DNA from: Trichomonas gallinae
Taxonomy: Eukaryota
Direction: 5' to 3'
Length of the DNA: 48,670 nt
Assembly: GCA_008369845.1 (NCBI GenBank)
Contig: MRSU01002031.1
Location: 1-48,670, forward strand
In this document: positions 21,622-30,620 of the stretch, piece by piece
Numbering within the stretch: position 1 is the stretch's first letter
How the letters are laid out: every line of letters starts with the position of its first letter
Notes under the pieces: generated by a model
The model's input: the letters and a program-made list of their open reading frames with translations, nothing else
Database searches by the model: none
Told to the model about the DNA's origin: nothing
Made by a program: the position numbers and the translations under genes

Positions 21622-24600
21622 TTACTTTCTTCCAAACATGTTAGATTTGACTGCATCTTTGTTGTTGTTCCTTCTCGCTAACTGCTTCTCCGCATCTGTT
21701 ATCTGTGTTGGGATCTTCTTTGGCTCAGTAGAAGGTGGCCTAGTGTATCCGAGCTTCTTGAAGAAGTTGAAGACCTGGTCGATGTCTGAATACTCGACAT
21801 CTCTGTAGTAGATCTTATCTCCGAATAATCTGATTGGCTCGTGGATTATGTGTCCTGGTGTTCCTTCCCACTGCAAATCAAGGTAGCCCTTGTTCTTTGG
21901 AGATGAGGTGAGCCTGTAGACGAGCAAACTTGGGTTCTGTTGCTTGATATCTGTGATAACTTGCTCTGCAGCATCTGGATCTTCGATCCACTTCGGGTGC
22001 TTCATGATTGCGTTGAGTTTGTAAGCCATAGGCTTGACGAACTTCATCTTGATTTCTTCCAAGTCCGAGAACTTTTTGTCTCTGATATACAACTCTTCAC
22101 CAACTGCTTCTTGGTTCCTCTTATTCTTCTCGACGATATCATAATTCGCGCAGACGTTGTTAGGGAACAAAATTGTCAGCGAAATATGGTCAATGCCGTG
22201 TGAAGATGGTCTGAAGAAGAAAGAGCCGACTTCTTGGTTCGCAAGTTCAGCTTCAGCTTGTGCCGCTGTGATAGACTTGTAGTTCTTGTGTTGGATGATT
22301 CTCTGTGCGTAAGTGACGATTCTGTTATCGGCTGCTCTGATCTCTTCTGCGCGTGCTTCATCTTCACCGTCGAAATCGAATGAGTCCTCATCTTTAATCA
22401 ATGCTCTGTAGTTCTTGGCGGCTTCAATATGTTCTGGCAAGAAGGAGACGTCGATGGAGACCATGTTCTCATCAACGCGCATGATGACGCAGTCGTGCAC
22501 TTGGCCTTGGAGCATCTTCTCGTTTTGGACGCCGCAATCGCTCAACAACTCTTGGAGGTTCCTGTGCGCGTCTTGCTGGCAGAAGGCCTTGATACTTGAT
22601 GATGTATGCTCAGCGATGATCATTGAGTTCCTTGTTATATCAGATTTAAGAATTGTGACAGTAGTAATAACATTCTCTTGGATTAGCTCAGTGGATGTGG
22701 CAGTCAAAGCCTCAAAGACTTCGTGATCAGACATGCATCTGTAGTAGTTATCTGGGTCTTGGTTGATGGCGAGTCTGTCACGCTGGTATCTCTCAAGTGG
22801 AGACTTTGGATTTGGCGGTGGTGCATCCCATTCTACCTTTGGATAGCGGAGAGTTTCGTATGGGCCGATTCTCAGCTGGTTGGCGATGAATTCAATCAAT
22901 GGCTCATTGTTGGAATGTGAGACAGCGACGAATCTTTTGATTGGCTCTGAAATGTCGAAGTCTTTGTTTGTCTTTGAGAACAAGTCGATGATATTCGTCT
23001 CAATGTATTGTGACTCAAAGAAGCCACGCTTGAGTACGTCGATTGCTGTGTTGTATTCGTCCATCGGAATCAATGTGCCGTCGAGGTAGTTGTTGTCATC
23101 TGGCAGATGGTTGTCGGAAAGTTTGTCCTCGATCGGGAACCTCATGAATGGCATGGCGTTCCTGATGATCATCTCGTCAAACTCGTGGAGGTTCGCTCTG
23201 AGTTTAGAGCGCTGCTTGATTGACTCCTTCTGGATAATCTCCAGTATCTTGTCAGCTGTGTGCGGGCCAAGACCTGGGATGAACTGGACTGTGTATCTAA
23301 GGTTAATGTTCGAAGCCGCAGCAATCATATCTACACCAGTGAGTGCGATAGCTCTTAAACAGGCGCGTTCTATAGCCTGTGTGACAGGAGTCTTCTTGTC
23401 GTCCTTGCCCTTGCTGAAGCGGAACTGGAAAGGCGTCATGGCCCAGTCAGCCAAGTGGTTCTTCTCTGTTGTGACTAACCTGCAGAGCTCTGCCATTGGG
23501 TTCTGCATTCTCCTGGCTGTTGAAGCGGCAAAGAGGAACATTGGGGCATCCTGAGCCTTGTCTTTGGGAATTTCGCGGAGTTCTGCTTCGCAGCAGTCGT
23601 TGGAGTAAGCATAAAGATTCGCGTGTTCACATGGGGCGAGGATGACCTTCGGGCGTGCGCTCTCTGGCTGTATGCGGAGCTGCACGAGGTCTGCGACAGC
23701 TTTGAGGAGAGCTGCTGAGCGGAGGCCAGTAGCTGTGATTGCGATAACTGATGGTTTGTTCCTTTCGATGAACTTGACGAGATTTACTTTGCTCTTGAGT
23801 GCTTCGAGGTCATTGACTGAGAGTTCTGATGCCTTTTCGCTGATTTGATGCTCTGGATCATCCCAGTCGACCTGAACGCGGGAATCAATCAACTTAGCGT
23901 GGAGATAAATTGAGTCAACGATCTTGCCTTTCTCGTTGACCATGACTGTGTAGATCAAACGCTTTTGGTCGTCGCTTGAGAAATGCATTGCCAAAATCTT
24001 CTGAGATTTGAGGATCTGTGGTGTGCCGTTGGAAAGAGCTGTGTACGGTGGAGATGTGAGATGAGCGAAAAGTCTTGTTTCGATTTCGTTGCAAACGAAT
24101 TTTTCAGCATTCTTCAATAACTCTTCTTCTGTTTCAGCGACGATCTTTGGCCAGATCATCTCCTTGATGGCCTTCGTGAGGATGTCGTTTCTGAGCTGAT
24201 CCCAGTCGGATGGATAGCGCATCTTGTATTTCGCAGAAATGTCCTCGATTTCTTTGTCAATGCCTTTGTCTGTATCGATAGTGTATGAGAGGCAACCTGA
24301 CTGGCGTGCTTCTTCGATCAAAAGCCATTTATCTGTCTTATTGAACGAAATAATTGGTTTGTTCTTGAGACGCTTGATTGAGCCGTATTTGCCCTTCGGA
24401 TACATAACATCTGTTGACGCGAGCGCTGTTGATGGTAAAGTATTGATAACAATCCTTGGAGTTAATCTTGTCCTAAGAATATCAATGAAAAGTGGATGTG
24501 TTGCAAGCTGCTTAGCGGCAAATGTAACCATCTGGCGTGTCATGACGTCAATGCTTGTAAAAACGTTCGGATGGTTCATAACGAGCTCATCGTACCAATT

Positions 24601-25668
24601 CTGAAGAGCGCGTTGATGATCGAGCTGTGGTTCTGGTGGATCGCTGAGTGGGCTGTTCTGTGAGAGAATGTAAGCGAAATCCATTGGCGAATAAAGGAAT
24701 TTATCAATATAACTTTGGAAATAACCTGCATTGTTTTGGAATGAAGCGTTCTTGGGAGTTGTCTCTGGATCCAACTGTAATTCATCGTAGTATTTAAGAT
24801 CGCGGAGAGCTGTTTCATCTGCATTGCGAATAAAATGACGTAAGAGTGCTTTCTTGCCATCATCTTCAGCTGGGTCTGATGCGAGACCGAGGCGTTCAAT
24901 GAGTGGCTCGATTTTATGACGACTGTCTGAGAAAATCTTAAATTCGCGAATAGCGTTCTGAATGTGGTAAATATCTTCATCACCAATGACTGTCTCACGG
25001 TATATGTTCTTTCTGTAGTTGATAATGTATTGTGGCGTGTGTTTTTCGTTGTGGAGCTCTTTTAGAACTTCAACTAAAGCCTCAATATCCCTTTCTTCGC
25101 CTCCTCTTGTCTTGAAGTGCTGGTCCATGATCCATCTGGCCTCGTCAGCAATTTTAGATTCGTCGACATCGTGCGGAATTCTGTCGCATTCTCTTTCGAA
25201 TTCGTCCTTAGCGATTTGCACTACTGGCTTGAGATCCGGGATTTCCGGCATCTTCGGCTTGATGACTGGCGGGCGTTCTATTGGCGCTGAAAAGAGTTTA
25301 TTAGCAATATTGATTTGATCTGTATGTAATGTTAAGTTTGCATTTGCAGAAACTGCGTATCTCGTTTTCTTGCGGTATACTTCAGTACCATCGTCGTTGA
25401 CAACGAATGCATCTTTTTTGATTTCAACGCGCGTGTGCTCGTTCATTTCATCGCTACTACTTGCCTCCAAATTATCATCGGAGTCAGAAGAGTCAGCTTC
25501 TTTAGAAAGACGGCCGCCAGAATGAGCGAAAAGCTCATCTGCATCTCTAGCGAGCTCTTTCTTGTTGATGCGAGGCTCTTCATCGTAACTATCTGAATCT
25601 GAGGATAATTCCTGTTCTTTTTCCGGTGGTGGCGGGTTTGTTTCGTTAGGATTCTCTTCAGCAGACAT
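21622..25668 (-). CDS. SPT6: Transcription elongation factor / histone chaperone SPT6
   Basis: Acidic N-terminus, EARWI, YqgF-like region, ARRMQNPMAE, HhH QFIPGLGP, S1-like region, tandem SH2 (GSFFFRPSSHGIDHISLT). ATG at 25668. Confidence 0.92.
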   Translation of the reverse strand: MSAEENPNETNPPPPEKEQELSSDSDSYDEEPRINKKELARDADELFAHSGGRLSKEADSSDSDDNLEASSSDEMNEHTRVEIKKDAFVVNDDGTEVYRKKTRYAVSANANLTLHTDQINIANKLFSAPIERPPVIKPKMPEIPDLKPVVQIAKDEFERECDRIPHDVDESKIADEARWIMDQHFKTRGGEERDIEALVEVLKELHNEKHTPQYIINYRKNIYRETVIGDEDIYHIQNAIREFKIFSDSRHKIEPLIERLGLASDPAEDDGKKALLRHFIRNADETALRDLKYYDELQLDPETTPKNASFQNNAGYFQSYIDKFLYSPMDFAYILSQNSPLSDPPEPQLDHQRALQNWYDELVMNHPNVFTSIDVMTRQMVTFAAKQLATHPLFIDILRTRLTPRIVINTLPSTALASTDVMYPKGKYGSIKRLKNKPIISFNKTDKWLLIEEARQSGCLSYTIDTDKGIDKEIEDISAKYKMRYPSDWDQLRNDILTKAIKEMIWPKIVAETEEELLKNAEKFVCNEIETRLFAHLTSPPYTALSNGTPQILKSQKILAMHFSSDDQKRLIYTVMVNEKGKIVDSIYLHAKLIDSRVQVDWDDPEHQISEKASELSVNDLEALKSKVNLVKFIERNKPSVIAITATGLRSAALLKAVADLVQLRIQPESARPKVILAPCEHANLYAYSNDCCEAELREIPKDKAQDAPMFLFAASTARRMQNPMAELCRLVTTEKNHLADWAMTPFQFRFSKGKDDKKTPVTQAIERACLRAIALTGVDMIAAASNINLRYTVQFIPGLGPHTADKILEIIQKESIKQRSKLRANLHEFDEMIIRNAMPFMRFPIEDKLSDNHLPDDNNYLDGTLIPMDEYNTAIDVLKRGFFESQYIETNIIDLFSKTNKDFDISEPIKRFVAVSHSNNEPLIEFIANQLRIGPYETLRYPKVEWDAPPPNPKSPLERYQRDRLAINQDPDNYYRCMSDHEVFEALTATSTELIQENVITTVTILKSDITRNSMIIAEHTSSSIKAFCQQDAHRNLQELLSDCGVQNEKMLQGQVHDCVIMRVDENMVSIDVSFLPEHIEAAKNYRALIKDEDSFDFDGEDEARAEEIRAADNRIVTYAQRIIQHKNYKSITAAQAEAELANQEVGSFFFRPSSHGIDHISLTILFPNNVCANYDIVEKNKRNQEAVGEELYIRDKKFSDLEEIKMKFVKPMAYKLNAIMKHPKWIEDPDAAEQVITDIKQQNPSLLVYRLTSSPKNKGYLDLQWEGTPGHIIHEPIRLFGDKIYYRDVEYSDIDQVFNFFKKLGYTRPPSTEPKKIPTQITDAEKQLARRNNNKDAVKSNMFGRK

Positions 25669-25759
25669 TTTTTTAAAAAATACTAAGCCAATAACGATAT
25701 GTAAAGCTTTCAAAATTATTTCTCTAAAATTCCATTTTATTCCCTTTTCTCTTGTCTTT

Positions 25760-26275
25760 TGGGCTTATTTACTATGACATCCATAATCCCATCTACCAAT
25801 CCTATATATTTACCGTTTTAGATTTGCTTAAATAACTAATTTTAAAATATTACCTATTTTTTTCTTTGATTTTGAGTTTATTGACTATGACATCCATAAT
25901 ATAGCCTGTCAATACTATATATATACTGCTTTAGATTTGCTGAAATAACTAATTTTGAAATTTCAAAAAATATTCTTTTATTTTTGAACATATTAATTAT
26001 GATATTCATAATCGCATCTACAAATTATTTATATATACTATTTCAGATTTGATGATAAATTTAAAATTCAAATATTAATTATGCTTTCATTGTTTTGAAT
26101 TATTTAGTTATACTATAAACAATCATATCTTCCAATCCTATGAATTTAGCTTATTAAATTTGAAGAAATATAATTTCGTCTTTTATTTTGATCTAATTAA
26201 CTATGACATCAATAAATGCATCTATAAACACTATAAATATAATGTTTTAGATTGGACTAAATAATTAATTTAATA
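25760..26275. repeat. Degenerate AT-rich tandem repeat, ~112-bp unit, ~5 copies
   Basis: ACTATGACATCCATAAT...TATATAT...TTTAGATTTGCT.AAATAACTAATTTT recurs with cores at about 25771, 25884, 25996, 26107 and 26200. Confidence 0.8.
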
Positions 26276-26756
26276 ATGAATTTAAACTATATCAATATGA
26301 TAAATATCATTAATTGTTATAGAACAATTTAAATATTTCAGTTATGTTCGCGATTTCAACTTTTTATACGATTCAAAATAAATTAATAAAATAAAGCGAC
26401 CATTTATGAACAGGATATTATTTAAAGAATGTATGGAATTGGTTTGATATGATACTATAGCATTCTAAAGCAAATTATATTCCAAAATAATATCATTCAC
26501 AAAATACAAGGATCAAGTTATACACATGAATTAATAAATATCAAATACGAATAGTGAACTCGTCATTTGAAGCCTGGTTCAAAGATATAAAAAATGAATA
26601 ATCAAAAATTAACTAAGCCTATAAATATTATCAAGATGTGACTATGAAAAGTAATAATATTCATAGATTTGCATGATGATGAATGAATTTTTGTTTGATA
26701 TTTCGTTATTGAAATTAAAAAAGTTAAATTTATGCTAGTAATAATTAATCCAATCT

Positions 26757-27179
26757 TTAGAAAACGGCTGGGGCAACGGAAGCAACCTTTGGCCACAACT
26801 CTGCAGCCTCCTTAGCTACTGGACCAGTGATAGCTGAGCCCTTCATTTCACCCTTTTCGTTGATGATAACACCAGCGTTATCCTGGAATCCGATAACGAC
26901 GCCATCCTTGCGGCGCCAGATAGCACGCTGGCGGACGACGACGCCCATTGAGACTTTCTTGCGGAGAGCTGGCTTACCCTTCTTGCATGTAACGACGATG
27001 AGGTCGGAAACTGAAGCTGCTGGAAGGCGGTTAAGACGGCCCTTGTGACCACGAACGGAAATGATGAACATGTTCTTAGCGCCGGAGTTGTCGCAGCAGT
27101 TGATGACGGCACCAACTGGGAGACCCTCTGTCATGGCGAACTTTGTACCCTGCTGACCTGTACGACCACGCTTTGTCAT
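26757..27179 (-). CDS. RPL23: 60S ribosomal protein L23 (uL14)
   Basis: [64 protein letters not shown] at 27179, 140 aa. Confidence 0.97.
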   Translation of the reverse strand: MTKRGRTGQQGTKFAMTEGLPVGAVINCCDNSGAKNMFIISVRGHKGRLNRLPAASVSDLIVVTCKKGKPALRKKVSMGVVVRQRAIWRRKDGVVIGFQDNAGVIINEKGEMKGSAITGPVAKEAAELWPKVASVAPAVF

Positions 27180-27629
27180 TTCGAGATCGAAAAAGACAAA
27201 ACACAACGATTCAATCGAAAATAATCGTCGGGACGGCCTGACAATTGAATACTTTATTTGTCAAAAAACAATTTATTTTACATGACAAAATTTACCAATG
27301 ATTCAACAATCAATGATTGGACAAATATAAGTACAACTGTCAAATAGAGAAACTTTACAATATATTTGACAGCTATAACAGTATAACAACAATCTTTTTC
27401 CTATGGTGTTATTTAAAATCAATATTGTTAAATTCATGGAATATCATTGTTATTATATTTTGTTACATGATTTCAATTAGAACCATATGAATCAGTAATC
27501 AAACCATTATTGGGTAAAAGAAATGTTACTTTTCTTTAGGAAACCTTATTCCAATCAGGTTCAGTAGCGTTATTTCTAGACATGAATTTCGACTTCCTCA
27601 TTCCAACATATTGTTTATATTAATATTGT

Positions 27630-28107
27630 TATCATAAAGTTGTCAAACACCTTCTCACAATTCCTGGAAAAGATGTCAACGCAAAAGACAAACTCAATTT
27701 TACGACTTTGATGTATGCCTCAATGTATTGTTTTCTTGGAGTTGTCATACTTCTTATCACAATTTCGGGTATAGATGTAAACGTAAAAGATAATTTTTAC
27801 AAGACAGCTTTGATTTGTGCTTCATCAAATGGTTATGATGAAATTGTCAAATCCTTTTGACAATTCCTGGAATAGATATCAATGCAAAGGACTATTTTAA
27901 CAATATAGCTTTGATTTTAGCTTCAAGAAAAGGTCATCATAAGATTGTAAAACTTCTCTTCACAGTTCCTTGAATATATGTCATCACAAATGGCAATGAC
28001 AATGATACAGCTATGACTTGTGCTTCAAGAAAAGATACATCCAGTGATGAAGAAGATGATCCATTAGATTGCAATATGAAGCTAAGTTGGGAACTTATTA
28101 ATGTCTG
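27630..28107 (+). pseudogene. Ankyrin-repeat pseudogene fragment (same family as 216-722)
   Basis: Translates VVKHLLTIPGKDVNAKDK..ISGIDVNVKDNFYKTALICASSNGYDEIVK, then a frameshift, then LLTIPGIDINAKD..ASRKGHHKIVKLLFTVP* (TGA in place of Gly). Confidence 0.85.
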
Positions 28108-28936
28108 ATGTCTTAATTAAATTTTATATTTTATACTATTTTTTATTCATCAAGAACCATGATGCGCATGAAAGCAAATATGCACACATCAATAAGGAAA
28201 TAGACAGCATTAAACATATTCCTTGACATGTAAATAATTTTTCTCCTCATTTACTTCTAAGTTTTCTTCAACAATTTATTAAGCATTAAACCTGCTTAAA
28301 GTAATACTAGCATCATTGACTTATAAGCATCATTTCAAGCAAGATGAAGAATGTACATGATTCGCTATTCATATTTCTCTAAATATTATTTAGGGTAAAA
28401 TCGAACTTTCGGAGTTTTTTATACCAGAAATCTTGCACCTGGTAAAAGCAATATTAATACTTGGTGGGTGATGACATATGCTCTTAGCTACAAAACAGCC
28501 CTGTTGAATAATTTCTATTTAGCTATTAATATCATAACATATAATCCAAAATCTTGTAATTGAGCTATATATACAAATTTATGCACTAATACCTATTTAA
28601 TGAAATTCATTTTGATTAATTAATCATAATAATTTGTATTTCCCGAAAGATTGTCCTAAATGTTTGTTTTCGGATAATAACAAACTCTATTTTTTTCAAA
28701 TTTTATGATTTCATAAAATTTTATTTTGTTTTTCAGGGACAATTTGCAGGTATATAATAGATATCAACTAAAAAATTCGAAAGATATATGCAATTTTGTT
28801 CTATTTTCTATTATTATGGTTTTTCGAATAATATTTCAATGAGTATTTGAAATAGAAGAGTTTTGAAAATATAATTTATCATTTTGCTGATCACTATAAT
28901 AGTAAGCTTAAACAAAATCAATTTTACTTCATCAAA

Positions 28937-30124
28937 TTAATCTGTTGCGCCATTATTCTTCAAGAATTCGGCCATGTCAGTGAAGCCATTATCCCTTGCC
29001 ACCTTCAAGTTCGAAACACCATCAGCATTCTTCTGCTGGATGATGCATTCGTTCCATCTGAGCATTTTAACAATTTCGAAAGCATTAACAGCAACAGCGG
29101 CTGTTATTGCGTTCTCTCCATTCTCTCTGAGAGCGTTTACGTCAGCCTTATTGTTGAGGAGGAGTTCAACTATCGGCAGGAAGTTATAGAACGACGCGTA
29201 GATCAAAGGAGTTGTTCCTGTGTAATCCTTTGCATTGACGTCGGCACCTTTTTGTATCAAATATTCAGCGACGTCGTATTCACCGATCGCGGATGCAATC
29301 ATGAGTGGTGTTCTTCCACTGTCATCCCTTGCGTCAACTTTCTCGTTTTTCGCTCCAATAAAGTAGTTGCACATCGTTACAGAGCCGCCGCGAACAGCAT
29401 CATGAAAAGCATGTTTTACACCGCAAAATTGTAAAGCGTATAATGCGGCCCTCATATTGCTTGCTCCGAGTGATGCTGCGAAGTCAATTCCATTGGCATC
29501 ATCAGGGTATTTCTCCATGAATATATCGCAGAAATTGTTTCTGTGGCATTCGACTGCGAATTGCAATAAACCTTCGAATGATGCTCCGCGCTTTAAGCAT
29601 TCTTCAAGGATGTCATTGTTGCCTCCTGAAACGACAGCATCGAGGATCTCGACTGTGAGCTGTCCACCAGCCTTATCAAGGAGTGCAACGAAGCAGTTCT
29701 TCGCGCCATAGATGGCCGCCAATTCAATAGGACGTGTATCTTGTTTTGTGTATTTTACTTTAGTCACTTTTTCTGCACAATCAACCATTATTTGGTCCAA
29801 GAATGGCTTCATTTCTGGTGTCAGTGAAGCTGCTGGATTTGGATCTACTTGGAACTTGATTCCTGATGCCTTTGCGAGCTGTTTAACAAACTCAACTAAA
29901 ACTGGCGCATTTCTTGGTCTGCGGAAATTTATGTTTCTTAATGCTTCCGCAACAAATCTTTCGTCTTTTTTCATCTTCAAAAATGCTGATGTAAGTTCGA
30001 CAGCATTCTTCATCTGGCGCTCTGACAATGACCACAGTGATTCCTCGACAGTGACATGCAGCTGGAGCTCGGCTGGAACCATAGCGTCAGAAATTTTCTT
30101 GGACGGTGGATGTGTGTGCCTCAT
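28937..30124 (-). CDS. Ankyrin-repeat protein
   Basis: GRTPLMIASAIGEYDVAEYLIQKGADVNAKD, GTTPLIYAS; N-terminal region like trichomonad ankyrin proteins (LAAIYGAKNCF, AVECHRN); Inr TCATTTTTT directly upstream. Confidence 0.9.
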   Translation of the reverse strand: MRHTHPPSKKISDAMVPAELQLHVTVEESLWSLSERQMKNAVELTSAFLKMKKDERFVAEALRNINFRRPRNAPVLVEFVKQLAKASGIKFQVDPNPAASLTPEMKPFLDQIMVDCAEKVTKVKYTKQDTRPIELAAIYGAKNCFVALLDKAGGQLTVEILDAVVSGGNNDILEECLKRGASFEGLLQFAVECHRNNFCDIFMEKYPDDANGIDFAASLGASNMRAALYALQFCGVKHAFHDAVRGGSVTMCNYFIGAKNEKVDARDDSGRTPLMIASAIGEYDVAEYLIQKGADVNAKDYTGTTPLIYASFYNFLPIVELLLNNKADVNALRENGENAITAAVAVNAFEIVKMLRWNECIIQQKNADGVSNLKVARDNGFTDMAEFLKNNGATD

Positions 30125-30620
30125 TAAAAAATGACAAAAATTTAATTCAATAGTTTACAATTAACGTTTATAATTTCTATCAAAAACATTTTTATACTAA
30201 AAATCACTAACATTAATGATCTTTAAGAATTTCCTAAAATCAAAGTTGAAAGAAGTGTGAAAAAACATTGTAATCTTTTTCAAATCATCTCCATTCTACA
30301 TCTACTGGATGCATATGGCATAGGTGAGTATAAAACGATAAAGGGATTTTATGCTTTGAAGGTCAATCTTCGAGATATTTTGGATTAAAAAATGTCTTTC
30401 GAAATGGAGCATTTAACGATTAATATAAGACTATTATATACAAATTTGATGTGTTACAATAAATATCATATGATATTGTGGATTCAATTTTGAATAATCA
30501 TTCATGAATCTTTGGCTCAGTCGAATTAATAATTGGCTTGACATCAACTTTCAATATTTTTAAAATGAATCCACAAATGTTATGAAAAATTATAATTTAT
30601 CAATAAAATAACATAATATT

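Noticed and set aside
28460..28560. Possible C/D snoRNA (GTGATGA at 28468)
   Set aside because: No CTGA D box or terminal stem at a suitable distance.
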